Origin: a virus
Taxonomy: Duplodnaviria > Caudoviricetes
Virus record (IMG/VR): IMGVR_UViG_3300037427_004775
Location: 1-57,429 of that record
Length of the DNA stretch: 57,429 bases
Direction: 5' to 3' (one strand)
The notes under the pieces were generated by a model, which saw only the letters and a program-made list of their open reading frames with translations, searched no databases and had not been told where the DNA came from. The first letter of the stretch is position 1. Each line of letters begins with the position of its first letter. Positions 20,243-30,172 of this stretch are shown in pieces. The translations under genes were made by a program, and so were the position numbers.

Positions 20243-20897
20243 TATTTTCTCTCCTAAGCATTATAAGTTCAATTAATTTTAAGTCTTCTTCTGTATCAAT
20301 TTCTAAAGCAGACAACTTATCAATAGGATAAATTTCAGCTTTGCCGGAATATCTGCATCCCGTTTCTAAAAGTGCGTTTCTAGATGTAATATAAAACATG
20401 CCGGATTCTTTGTACAGGTTACCTTGTTGCTGTCTTGTTGGTCGTTTGAGCGGATCAAACAAAGGGCTACCATTTGACCACCAGAATCCATGATCAATAT
20501 GACCAGAAACTAAGGAATCGAGGTCAGGGTTTTCATTATAGTAAGTTAGTGCGCTTGTTATGATATCACAAGAAATTAAAGGGGAGGTTGCTTGTACAAA
20601 TAGCATCGTATCAAAACTTACGCAATCAGCAAAGTGAATCAATGCACTTTCAGATGATGACGTATCTTTACAAATTGCGGCAGGTCTTTTTAAACCGTTT
20701 GCACCTAGTGAAATGGAATAGTCTAATATTGCATCGTCATCTGAAGACACCCAGGTCTCATCTACTAGTTTCGAGCTAAGACAAGCATTAATGCTGTAGT
20801 AAAGCAGGGGGTTTCCATTTAAGGGCACGAGATTTTTTTTCGGTATTCCCTTGCTTCCACCCCTAGCTGGAATAATTGCAACTATTTTTTGTGTCAT
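20235..20897 (-). CDS. neuA: CMP-nonulosonate synthetase (acylneuraminate cytidylyltransferase)
   Basis: AIIPARGGSKGIPKKNL, QATSPL, RPTRQ, EIDTEEDL. Confidence 0.93.
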   Translation of the reverse strand: MTQKIVAIIPARGGSKGIPKKNLVPLNGNPLLYYSINACLSSKLVDETWVSSDDDAILDYSISLGANGLKRPAAICKDTSSSESALIHFADCVSFDTMLFVQATSPLISCDIITSALTYYNENPDLDSLVSGHIDHGFWWSNGSPLFDPLKRPTRQQQGNLYKESGMFYITSRNALLETGCRYSGKAEIYPIDKLSALEIDTEEDLKLIELIMLRRENNV

Positions 20898-21529
20898 CTT
20901 ACTATCTTGACATTATTCAAATTGGGTTCAAACGTAGAGTTTGTAAAAAACGTAAATTCATTATTTGGAAATTTAGAAAGTAAATCGGCCATAAACTCTT
21001 TCATAACAAGACCTTTCTTTTTTTGATAGTCTTGTGATTCTGGTTTTTTACTATGGGAATGATGAGAAAAATAATTTGATTCAAAAAAATCCAAACCAAT
21101 TACATGAATCACACTAGACTTAACTACTTGAGCTGCGTGGGCTACTGCCAAAACACCTGTCGATGGAAATCCACCAGCACCGGTCTTTGATATTGGTACC
21201 ATTTCTTCGCTCAAGAATGTTGATCTTATCCCATGGCCATCTAGATGGCCCTTTAGAGGACTCTGGTTGTACTCTGGTTCCCTTACGTTAAGTTGGCAAT
21301 GTGTTATTGCATATTTTTCGTATTGTTCCTTACGCAGCAAGGATCGCCCATCTCTGTTGATCACATGGACAACTTGTTTTTGGTTCTTGATGAAGTCTGA
21401 AATATAGTCGAACTTGTCGAGTTCAGTGGTCCACTCGTTGACAAGGAGACATGTATCATATGACTCTTTTAGCTCGGCGATTCTTGCAGAAGACGAACCT
21501 CTACAAATTACTACACAAGATTCACTCAT
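20894..21529 (-). CDS. Maf/sialyltransferase-like (GT29/GT42-related) transferase
   Basis: VVICRGSS...LLVN, FPSTGVLAV, IHVIGLDFF...YF; follows neuA. Likely start MSESC at 21529 (ORF track 21556). Confidence 0.6.
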   Translation of the reverse strand: MSESCVVICRGSSSARIAELKESYDTCLLVNEWTTELDKFDYISDFIKNQKQVVHVINRDGRSLLRKEQYEKYAITHCQLNVREPEYNQSPLKGHLDGHGIRSTFLSEEMVPISKTGAGGFPSTGVLAVAHAAQVVKSSVIHVIGLDFFESNYFSHHSHSKKPESQDYQKKKGLVMKEFMADLLSKFPNNEFTFFTNSTFEPNLNNVKIVR

Positions 21530-22229
21530 TACCTTCGTTTCCTGTTTTGGCAACATCTACCCCTATATTTTCTCTATTTTCATAATTAAAATCGTGGCCG
21601 CCTGCAGCATCCTCCGTAATTACACCTTTATTTCTCCAGTATCTATTTCTAGGGTCTTCTGTATTCCAAGTCCAAGAGCAAAAGCTTATTGACTTAGATA
21701 CCAATAGATCCTTAATATTTTGGGGTGCATTTGAAATCAGACGATCACCCATATAGTGGGGTGCAATGTACCAGGTACCGCCATCCTTGGTTACTCTTGC
21801 CAGTTCTCCTATTGCTATTTCCCAAGAAGAATTTACAAGCTTTGACAAAGATGCTTTTGAAATAATGGCATCGAATGTATTGTCATCAAACGGAATTGTT
21901 TCCCCGTCCCAATACTGAGCATCTACACCTGTTACTTCGTGAAATCTGCCAAATACTACTCTAACTTCCTTGGTGTCAATATCCATTGATGTTACATTGG
22001 CCTTTCCTAGTTTTGATGCTACTACTTCATCATAGGCGGCGCCGCATCCATAGTCAAGAACACGCGGGGTTTCTTTGCCATCCCACTTGAAAGTATTGTT
22101 CCAAAAAGAATCCCAAACCTCCAACTCTAAATCAAAATTTCTATAGTTGTTCCACCGCCTTTCATCGGGTATGGCTTTGATCAACTTTTGTTGATCGATA
22201 GTTAGGTACTTATCATATACTTCACTCAC
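21522..22229 (-). CDS. Class I SAM-dependent methyltransferase
   Basis: RVLDYGCG, IPFDDNTFDAI, ELARVTKDGG. Confidence 0.9.
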   Translation of the reverse strand: MSEVYDKYLTIDQQKLIKAIPDERRWNNYRNFDLELEVWDSFWNNTFKWDGKETPRVLDYGCGAAYDEVVASKLGKANVTSMDIDTKEVRVVFGRFHEVTGVDAQYWDGETIPFDDNTFDAIISKASLSKLVNSSWEIAIGELARVTKDGGTWYIAPHYMGDRLISNAPQNIKDLLVSKSISFCSWTWNTEDPRNRYWRNKGVITEDAAGGHDFNYENRENIGVDVAKTGNEGNE

Positions 22230-22953
22230 ATTGACTCCTTAAGACAGAACTTTGCCAGTATGCGTCTATTTCCATTGTAACTTCTTGAATCCAAGGTTTT
22301 ATCTTATATCCCAACCATGGAAAGGGAAGAAAGCCTTCTTTCTTCATTAAAATTTCTCGTCTGCAAATAAAAAACGATCCATTTGCAAAGTAAATGTCCC
22401 CAGCAGAGTTTTTGTCATTTACATTATCAATTTTTGTTCCAGTGCTTATTACCTGTTGATCCATGTATGTCTTCAACAAGTCGTTTTCAACTGTAAATGC
22501 TCTAAACGGATTGAACATGTTAAATTCAGAAACACTTTGAATAGAATCATATCCAGGATTGTCTACCAAAAACTGAATTGCCTTATCTAGTTCTTTGCCT
22601 TCTGCACCGAGAGAATTTCCCAAAAGAACGACCAATATGTCAACAGTTTCCTGTGTTTGTTTTTCTATCTCATTGATTCCGTGAATCATGACATCATGGT
22701 GGGAAGAGTCATCACCCGCTAATTCATCAGGTCTTGAAATAACCCAATAGGGTAGATTATCGGAGTTGCGTTTTATAAGGTAGATATCTGTACTAATATA
22801 TACCCGTTTTATTAGCTTTGATTGTAGTGCTTTTTCAACTGGGTGCTGAAAAAGTGGCTTGTCATCAAACAACATCGTGTTTTTACTTTTAACTGATTTA
22901 CTGCCGGCTCTTGCAGTTTGAAGTGCGTAAACATTAGGCATTGTAATATCCAA
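22222..22953 (-). CDS. Second cytidylyltransferase (NeuA/KdsB/SpsF-like)
   Basis: LQTARAGSKSVKSKN, RPDELAGDDS, ANGSFF, EIDAYWQ. Confidence 0.85.
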   Translation of the reverse strand: MDITMPNVYALQTARAGSKSVKSKNTMLFDDKPLFQHPVEKALQSKLIKRVYISTDIYLIKRNSDNLPYWVISRPDELAGDDSSHHDVMIHGINEIEKQTQETVDILVVLLGNSLGAEGKELDKAIQFLVDNPGYDSIQSVSEFNMFNPFRAFTVENDLLKTYMDQQVISTGTKIDNVNDKNSAGDIYFANGSFFICRREILMKKEGFLPFPWLGYKIKPWIQEVTMEIDAYWQSSVLRSQCE

Positions 22954-23341
22954 ACCTCTCTAAATCGATAAACGTGTCATTCCAGATACCATTAAATCTT
23001 ACAGCCTTATCATCAATATAGAAAACTGCTCTAGGCTTTTCAGCTGTTACTTCTTTTACAAAAGACGACATATTGTTTTTCTCAAGCCATTCCCATATTA
23101 GTTCAACGCCTGTCTTGCCGTTTATAAGCATTCTATCTTTTCTAGCTTTTGCACTGTAAACAACTATCACATAATCTTTTGATAGTCTTTCTAGTGCCTC
23201 TCGAGCTCCTGGGATGGGATCGTCATATACAGTACCGTCATGGAAACCTTTTGAGTTTTTATGTATTACACCGTCGAAATCAATCCCGATTTGAAATGTC
23301 TCATCAGGAAATGAATGCTCTCTTGTTTCATTTTTTGTCAT
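22934..23341 (-). CDS. HAD-superfamily phosphatase
   Basis: IGIDFDGVIH, KPRAVFYIDDKA. Confidence 0.85.
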   Translation of the reverse strand: MTKNETREHSFPDETFQIGIDFDGVIHKNSKGFHDGTVYDDPIPGAREALERLSKDYVIVVYSAKARKDRMLINGKTGVELIWEWLEKNNMSSFVKEVTAEKPRAVFYIDDKAVRFNGIWNDTFIDLERFGYYNA

Positions 23342-23915
23342 TTTTACCTAATGCCCATGGATCTTTTCTTTTGATCTCATCAATGATTGCTGGACATGCA
23401 TTGTCTGTTTCATGAATCAATTGATAGAACAAGATAAGCGTTAACACCTCACATGTATGAAAATACTTGCAGTCTAACACTACTTCATTTATTCCCTTCC
23501 CCAATCTTTTAGAAGTTTGACCAGAAATCATTCCCGTATTTAGCCCAGATGATTTTGCCCATGATAATGCTCGAGTTATGTTTTTGGAATTTCCTGAACA
23601 TGATAGACCTATAACCATTGTCTTGGGTGGTACATCAGTTACACCCGCAGTTTCTAACCATCGTATAAAAATGTTCTCGTAGCCATGATCATTTGCGCAT
23701 GAAGTTATGTAGCCAGTCGAGTCAAATGACATTACCAGCTTATCGGAAATCAATCTTGTACAATCAGTTGCTCCATGAGCAGCTACAAAGTGAAGACCGC
23801 CGTTACCTATAAGATAAATTCGATCAGAAGATAAAAAGTCACTTACTAGACGCTTCCATGATTCTGATCCTATCGTTTCTTTAAATTTCTCTTCAATGTT
23901 TTCAAAGTCAATCAT
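23328..23915 (-). CDS. SIS-domain sugar-phosphate isomerase (GmhA-like)
   Basis: IYLIGNGG, TSCANDHGYENIF, GLSCSGNSKNI; likely start MIDF at 23915 with GAGGA RBS. Confidence 0.85.
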   Translation of the reverse strand: MIDFENIEEKFKETIGSESWKRLVSDFLSSDRIYLIGNGGLHFVAAHGATDCTRLISDKLVMSFDSTGYITSCANDHGYENIFIRWLETAGVTDVPPKTMVIGLSCSGNSKNITRALSWAKSSGLNTGMISGQTSKRLGKGINEVVLDCKYFHTCEVLTLILFYQLIHETDNACPAIIDEIKRKDPWALGKNDKK

Positions 23916-23949
23916 TATATTCCTCAAATTAATTTTATTGTGAAAAGTC

Positions 23950-24861
23950 TTAATTTACAACAATTGGTACAAAAATATACGTGTATGGGCCCGGGAGGGC
24001 ACCAAAAGAATAATGAATTTTATAGCTATCGCCTATTAATTCGTTTAAAGAATCCCTAGCAGCATCATGTTCTAGTTGGCTTTCTGACTTTACTAGGGAT
24101 TCTATTGATATTACCGGTGTGTGCTTGTCAATAACCTTTTTGGCTCCCTTGAGCACTTCTCTTTCCAGTCCCTCTACATCAATCTTGATTAGCGAAATCT
24201 TGTCAGCTGTATCACCGAATACAGAATCGAGTGTTGCGACTTTTGAACTTCCGGGGGCATTTGTTATTTTTCCCGTACCCAAGTTGTAGTCTTTTCTTTT
24301 TTCAAATTTTAACATACCTTGTTGAGATGATATTGCTTCTACTCCATTTAAATTTATTATTACTTTTTCCGCTATATCATTTAAAATTGCATTCTCTCTT
24401 ATTAGAGATATTAACGGTTTTCTTGGTTCAAATATATAGGATTTATCAAAATCACAGACTTTTAAAAAATAAATAGAATGATTTCCAATATGACCGCCAA
24501 CATCAATAATGATGTTGTTTTCAGAAAGAACGCTTTTGATTTCGTCAAGTAGTTCATGTTCATAAAAATCTTTCTCCATTTTTATCTTTTCAAAGATGTA
24601 ATCAAATCTATAGTCTTTTATCTTAATTTCTCTATTGAATTTTGAGAAAGTAAACGTCTCATATAAGAGCATCTTTTGAATTCTTTTAGATATCGTCTTT
24701 TTTGCACCATACGATGGAATACTAAATTCCTTACATATAGAACGGAGCTCCTTCAAAGAAAGCTCACCCAGGGTATTGTTGAGCATTTTTAAACTCCACC
24801 ACTGATGGTCGTTTTGACGTTTGCGATGACGAATAGACCTGTATCTTAAATGCCTAGACAA
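23950..24861 (-). CDS. FkbM-family methyltransferase with N-terminal SAP-like domain
   Basis: IIDVGGHIGNHS, FEP, LIKIDVEGLE; LSLKELRSICKEFSIPSYGAKKTISKRI is SAP-like. The start may be ATG at 24786. Confidence 0.85.
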   Translation of the reverse strand: MSRHLRYRSIRHRKRQNDHQWWSLKMLNNTLGELSLKELRSICKEFSIPSYGAKKTISKRIQKMLLYETFTFSKFNREIKIKDYRFDYIFEKIKMEKDFYEHELLDEIKSVLSENNIIIDVGGHIGNHSIYFLKVCDFDKSYIFEPRKPLISLIRENAILNDIAEKVIINLNGVEAISSQQGMLKFEKRKDYNLGTGKITNAPGSSKVATLDSVFGDTADKISLIKIDVEGLEREVLKGAKKVIDKHTPVISIESLVKSESQLEHDAARDSLNELIGDSYKIHYSFGALPGPYTYIFVPIVVN

Positions 24862-24870
24862 TTCGAACCC

Positions 24871-26187
24871 TTAATGCCACACGGGAGTATTGACTGATAG
24901 GTCGCTCGCAGCTTTTTGATATTCCTTTAGTGCATCGTCTAAACCTAGCGATTCTTTCAAAGGTAAAAATACCTCTCTATGTAAAGCTGTAAGAACAGTG
25001 TTTGGTACCCAATGCCTAGTACAATTAGAACAATGCATATTGCATACGTCTATAGGGGAAAGATCTTCTCTTATTTTTTGATAAGCATTACTGCGCCAAA
25101 CTGACTCGAAACTATCGTTTGTTACGTTTCCGATATTGTACTTTTCTCTTTGATCAGACTTAAATGTTCCGTTATCGTCATATAGATGACAACAAACATA
25201 TGTTCTACCAAAAGCATCGATCAAAGAAAACAATTCAGTTGTAAAGCATGTTATCTCATTATTACTATAGTACTTTCTAGTCGGAAGTCCGTCAATAACG
25301 TCTTGTTCATCTAATAGCTTTAAAAAGAAATCTTTTAAATAATTCAAATTAGAATACTCAGAATTAACAAGTTCTTCATTTACAAGAAGGTCATTTTTTA
25401 TCCAATCTAAATCTTCTTTTGTACACAAGTACTTGCCCCCTTCGCCGTGAGCCAACTTCATTGATGCCTTAATCTTATTTTCCTCGGCATATCTTATCAT
25501 GGCAGGAATGCTTCTTACATTATTCTTTTGGATGGTGAATGCCAGACCGATGGAAAAATTAGAGTCTTGATTCTCTTCCATAGCATTTCTTAAATTACCT
25601 ATAGATTTATCAAGCTCTTCAAAGATATCACCGTGATCTTTTCCATATGCTGGTGCTTCGAGGACTCTCCGGACATTCTTTTTTTCAAAGTCTTCCTTCA
25701 CGTCATCTTGTGAAATCCTTACCCAAGAACCATATTGGACCATTGCACTAGCTATTTCTTTAGTAATTCCCACTCCGTTACTGAGTACGCCTACCTTTAC
25801 GCCAAATTCATGGGCAGCCTTTATTAATCTGACAAACTCGGGGTGAGAAACCGGTTCGCCTCCTGTCCATAAAAAAGTCTTAACGCCTAAATCAGCCAAC
25901 TCTTTAAAAAGTTCTATTTGTCTATCTGCTGTTAACTCAACTGTTTCATCATAGTCTTTTTGATTGGTCCATGTCCACCTAAAACACATTCTGCATCCCG
26001 TGGTGCAAAAATTTGTGATCTCAAACTGAACACACTGAGGGACTGGTAAATCATCAGGGTTTTTTGTCTCGTACGCCTTGAAGATATCTGGCGTATTTCC
26101 TAAATAAGTTGCTGGACCATTCTTTCTAGAGCTATCAGACGTCTGAAAGCGATTCATTATTTCTTTTATTTTATCTTTTGTTGACAT
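24871..26187 (-). CDS. Radical SAM / SPASM-twitch domain protein
   Basis: CTTGCRMC (CxxxCxxC), TGGEP, SNG; C-terminal C...G..YVCC...IGNV...CSNC. Confidence 0.93.
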   Translation of the reverse strand: MSTKDKIKEIMNRFQTSDSSRKNGPATYLGNTPDIFKAYETKNPDDLPVPQCVQFEITNFCTTGCRMCFRWTWTNQKDYDETVELTADRQIELFKELADLGVKTFLWTGGEPVSHPEFVRLIKAAHEFGVKVGVLSNGVGITKEIASAMVQYGSWVRISQDDVKEDFEKKNVRRVLEAPAYGKDHGDIFEELDKSIGNLRNAMEENQDSNFSIGLAFTIQKNNVRSIPAMIRYAEENKIKASMKLAHGEGGKYLCTKEDLDWIKNDLLVNEELVNSEYSNLNYLKDFFLKLLDEQDVIDGLPTRKYYSNNEITCFTTELFSLIDAFGRTYVCCHLYDDNGTFKSDQREKYNIGNVTNDSFESVWRSNAYQKIREDLSPIDVCNMHCSNCTRHWVPNTVLTALHREVFLPLKESLGLDDALKEYQKAASDLSVNTPVWH

Positions 26188-26198
26188 TACCGACTCTT

Positions 26199-27089
26199 TT
26201 AGAAAATCTTCTCTTTTACAATTGTCATAACAGATGGATTATCCCCGTAGGTCACCTGTACATCTGTCATAACAAACTTCCAGTGTATTAAATGTACGTA
26301 CATTGTCTCCATTGGATCTTTTTCTTCTGTTCCGTCGTTCTTGACAAGTCTATAAACACGACCATTTTCCCATTTCCATTTTTCTTTAGAATTCGGATCT
26401 GACTGTCCCGGGAGTGTTTCACCTGCATCGTGCTGAATCTTCTTCATTCTTACTTTAAGTGTGCTTCCATCGGGTTTTACTAGTTTTCGATTTAAAAAAC
26501 TGGTTAACTGAACTTCATCTAAGCTTCTATACCTTGTTTGATTAAATGTCTGGATAAATTCTGGAACATATCGGCATATATCAGCTACGCCCGGGATGTT
26601 TCTGTATATTGTAAAGTGGCCACTCATCCAACCTTCACGGGAAGAAATAATGTCATACTCGCTTAACAAATCATCAGTTATGTATTTTCTAATATCACCC
26701 CAAATGATATCCATGTCACAAAGGCCCCAGTAGTCATATCCTTCAAAAATATCATCAAAAATAATCCCATACGTTGCTTTTACATCTCCCATTTTTTTTA
26801 AATTAGTAAACGGAAGATCTTTGCCAATTTTTGTTTTAAATCGTTTAAAAAGATCATCTAGTTCAACTTTGATAAATTGAACGTTTCGCGGGACGTCTTC
26901 TGGTATCTCTAGGTTTGTTACAATCTTCCAGTCTATCGTAGGATTGTGCTTGCATGATATTAAAAATGCCGGCAGCTCTAGAGGCCAAATACCGTTAATT
27001 TCTGAGCCATCGGGCCGGGTATAGTTGTTCCCTTTATTGTCTGAGGGTCTGCCGCCGAAATACCCACACATTAATGCAATTTTCTTCAT
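26199..27089 (-). CDS. Putative glycosyltransferase (DUF6625/EpsH-like)
   Basis: GYFG, FLISCKHNPTIDW, YDYWGLCDMDIIWGDI (DxD), GHFTIYRN, LDE. Confidence 0.75.
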   Translation of the reverse strand: MKKIALMCGYFGGRPSDNKGNNYTRPDGSEINGIWPLELPAFLISCKHNPTIDWKIVTNLEIPEDVPRNVQFIKVELDDLFKRFKTKIGKDLPFTNLKKMGDVKATYGIIFDDIFEGYDYWGLCDMDIIWGDIRKYITDDLLSEYDIISSREGWMSGHFTIYRNIPGVADICRYVPEFIQTFNQTRYRSLDEVQLTSFLNRKLVKPDGSTLKVRMKKIQHDAGETLPGQSDPNSKEKWKWENGRVYRLVKNDGTEEKDPMETMYVHLIHWKFVMTDVQVTYGDNPSVMTIVKEKIF

Positions 27090-28858
27090 TGTTTTCTTCT
27101 CAAAGACTTATAGACCAAGCATCTAGCACCTGGATCAAGTGCTGGTGGCTTATCATATATTTTTTCATATTGTGGGCCCAGCATAGTTTCAATTTTATCT
27201 ACTTTTTCATTTTGGTCTATACTATCATAAACTGTGATTGCCACGTGCGGATAAAAAAACTTTAAGAGTTCCGGGGCTGTTTTTAAAATATCTAAACTAT
27301 AATTGAACACGTCTATTACAAGTAGACCTACAAATTTAGTAAAGTCATAGTTTTCACGGCATTGTCCTCGGGACCATGGTGTTAAGATACCATCCCTTTC
27401 ACTAATATTGGCAGAATTAACAACTTCCCTATGAACTGCGGCTATTATTTCATCTAATGGCGCAGAAAGTGAGGTATTTGTGTCAGGCACATCTTTTATT
27501 ACTTCTTTTAAGAAATCCATTCTTTCTACAGTATCGGGCGTATAAGTTACTTTTCTCATGGTTTTATATTTGTCACTTCTAAGAAAAGCTTTGGTTCCGT
27601 AATCCAGATCATTCGGCATTGATCCATAGCGATAGTTTCCGTCTATTATCCGTTGCGGTTCACCTATACTTTTGCAAATTGACGACACTTCTTTTCCATC
27701 ACTAGTTTTCCAGTTTAGGAACATTGCTATTAAATCTTTCTTAGCATTATGATTAACGATATCCTCGCGAGGATCACCTAAAGTAAATGCTCCACGGGAT
27801 GCACCAGGATTGTTTTGTGAATTTCTCAACCCTATGTCGATCATTTTTAATTGTGGTTCAAAATTAAAAGACATCAAACAGTTATTGAATGCTGTTAAGT
27901 AAACATTCTCATTTTGTAATCCGGCTCCTACTATAACGTGAGAATCTTTATTGTCTAGCTTGGCTATTGCTTCCAAATATTCAACATTATAAAAACACCC
28001 AGTCCTTTTAATTTCCTCAAATATTTCTTCACCATCTAGACCCATAAACTCAAAATTAACACCCTTGTAAGAAAAAGTTGTTGTATCTATCGCAACTGTA
28101 ATCATTTTAGCTTTCATTTCTTCCCAATACTTAGAAGAAGATTCAGGGCGGTATGTTTTCATTTCATCAACATAGATTTTTTTCATTTTTGTTTGATGTT
28201 TTGCTTGCCATATAAGTCCACTCTCTGATAGCCATACATCACAAAATGATTTTGGTGCAGCTATTACATTTCCTATGCCTCTGCTAAAAAACCACTGTGA
28301 TGTGTCATTAAATGCATTTTGGTCAGCGGTCCATTCACTTTTACTAAAACGGTGACCCCATTTTGAGAACCATTTATTTCCAAAATCTCTAGCTGCAGAT
28401 GTGCCTTTTTGTATAATGAGGCCGGAGGCAAACTTATATTTGGCGTTCTTTGCCCGAGCTGCTACATCAAAACTATTTTCTTCACAAAAAACCTCAAGTT
28501 CTTTTAGAGGATTTCTTACAATAGAATCTGCGTCTATCCAAACCAGCGTATCATCTTTTTCAAAATATTTATCTCTGCTCGGGCCGAATACTGTTGTTCT
28601 AAAGCCGGCGCAATATCGCTTTAATGCTTCAGATGGCATAAAATGATCAAGAGCAATAACTTCTATTTTAGTTGAAGGATTGGCCTTGAGTATCAAATCT
28701 ATAACTTTTTTAGACTCAATAGAATCTGTTTGGTCGGCGTTTAATAATAGAAATATGTTAAAATTACTATCGGGAGAATTTACATAAATAGATCTGGCTA
28801 AGTGAATTCCCCACCATGCATATTTGATATCAAATGCTGTAAAATATTGATAGCTCAT
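27086..28858 (-). CDS. Fusion of nucleotide-diphospho-sugar transferase (GT-A, GT77/GT8-like) and degenerate FkbM-like domain
   Basis: LVWIDADSIV, ASGLI, WTADQNAFN; C-terminal VIVGAG...FNFEP...LLVIDV. Confidence 0.7.
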   Translation of the reverse strand: MSYQYFTAFDIKYAWWGIHLARSIYVNSPDSNFNIFLLLNADQTDSIESKKVIDLILKANPSTKIEVIALDHFMPSEALKRYCAGFRTTVFGPSRDKYFEKDDTLVWIDADSIVRNPLKELEVFCEENSFDVAARAKNAKYKFASGLIIQKGTSAARDFGNKWFSKWGHRFSKSEWTADQNAFNDTSQWFFSRGIGNVIAAPKSFCDVWLSESGLIWQAKHQTKMKKIYVDEMKTYRPESSSKYWEEMKAKMITVAIDTTTFSYKGVNFEFMGLDGEEIFEEIKRTGCFYNVEYLEAIAKLDNKDSHVIVGAGLQNENVYLTAFNNCLMSFNFEPQLKMIDIGLRNSQNNPGASRGAFTLGDPREDIVNHNAKKDLIAMFLNWKTSDGKEVSSICKSIGEPQRIIDGNYRYGSMPNDLDYGTKAFLRSDKYKTMRKVTYTPDTVERMDFLKEVIKDVPDTNTSLSAPLDEIIAAVHREVVNSANISERDGILTPWSRGQCRENYDFTKFVGLLVIDVFNYSLDILKTAPELLKFFYPHVAITVYDSIDQNEKVDKIETMLGPQYEKIYDKPPALDPGARCLVYKSLRRKQ

Positions 28859-30171
28859 CTCTTTTTCTTTTGTGGGCCTTTCATATGAACTAGAACAGTT
28901 TCTGGGTTTGTGTCTATGCCATCAAACTTCTTTGGAAATGTTTTAACAACTACTTTTTCTTTGTGTCGCTCTAAAACATTACCCAATTCATTTTGTGCGC
29001 TCAACCAGACCCATCCGTGTTTTCTAGTTTCTCTTTCCCACTCTTCTATTATTTTAAAATTATCTGGTGTATTTTTGACATATATCATTCCAGCATTAAA
29101 TCTTAGTGGATTATCAATTTTGATTCTTGCACAAAAATCAGTAGACTCGAAAAAGTCAAAAAGATCATAGACATTATCTTCTAGATAGACATCTCCATCG
29201 ACATAAAAAACATCTGAACATGTTTCACTTAAGATGTTCTTTGTATTCCACGTTCTACAACTTTCACAATATGCCCTTTCTTCTTCAAAGTTTTTGAAAT
29301 CTGAATATGTGTCGTCTATGAAGCTGATATTTGAGTGACATCTAAATCTTTTTTTGGATTCATCACTTAAGTTTAGTGATAACATCTTTACTGGAACTTC
29401 TGGATGGTATGTTTCTAGTGATACAATTAGATTCATCATTATGTCGACATACGGTTCATTACAAACTGTTAATATTTGAAGGGTCTTTCCGACTGGATTG
29501 GTTTTTCTGGCACAAAACCATACCGAATCTTCCATTAGGTCTTTGAATAGAAATCTTAGATTTGATGAGTTGTATGCAGACGCAACTTGAGAAAAACTCA
29601 GCTCATAAGCATTCCACTCCTTTTTTTGAAATTCCTGTGCGTCGAAACCATAATCGTGACCTAAAATTATGTCGCCTGTCTTTAATGACTTGGAGAACTT
29701 AGAAACTTCTTCAGCTTTCTTTCCCCCATCACAAAACAGAACAGTAATATAGTCAGGGTTACTAATTAGATCGATTATTTCTTTTCCGTCGTCGGAAAAA
29801 ACGTCTTTGATAGTTAATTCAACTTTTAATTCTTCAAATATTTCTTTTACATCTTTAGATATTAATCTATCGGTTATATCATATGTGCAAAGACTATAGT
29901 CTAGGTTGTGGGCTTTGGCAAACGTATCTAAAATAACAGTCAAACCTCCCTTAAATGTGCCGATTTCAATAATCTTTACAGGCTTGTTTTGAAGAGACAA
30001 GAAAGAAAAAAGCTTATTGAATGATGAGTTTATATTGAAATTTTGTGCAGCAAATAGTTCAAAATTGACGTCTTTTTCAGAACCGTCTTGACCAATATAC
30101 TTTAAAATTTGCAAAGCTTTTGAATGCTTGGATTCATCAGGGTGTTTAATTTTTTTATAGAACTCTTTCAT
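28855..30171 (-). CDS. Fusion of SAM methyltransferase and GT-A sugar transferase
   Basis: IIEIGTFKGG, FCDGG, GDIILGHDY; C-terminal FYVDGDVY, FNAGMIY, VHMKG. Confidence 0.78.
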   Translation of the reverse strand: MKEFYKKIKHPDESKHSKALQILKYIGQDGSEKDVNFELFAAQNFNINSSFNKLFSFLSLQNKPVKIIEIGTFKGGLTVILDTFAKAHNLDYSLCTYDITDRLISKDVKEIFEELKVELTIKDVFSDDGKEIIDLISNPDYITVLFCDGGKKAEEVSKFSKSLKTGDIILGHDYGFDAQEFQKKEWNAYELSFSQVASAYNSSNLRFLFKDLMEDSVWFCARKTNPVGKTLQILTVCNEPYVDIMMNLIVSLETYHPEVPVKMLSLNLSDESKKRFRCHSNISFIDDTYSDFKNFEEERAYCESCRTWNTKNILSETCSDVFYVDGDVYLEDNVYDLFDFFESTDFCARIKIDNPLRFNAGMIYVKNTPDNFKIIEEWERETRKHGWVWLSAQNELGNVLERHKEKVVVKTFPKKFDGIDTNPETVLVHMKGPQKKKR

Positions 30172-30172
30172 T

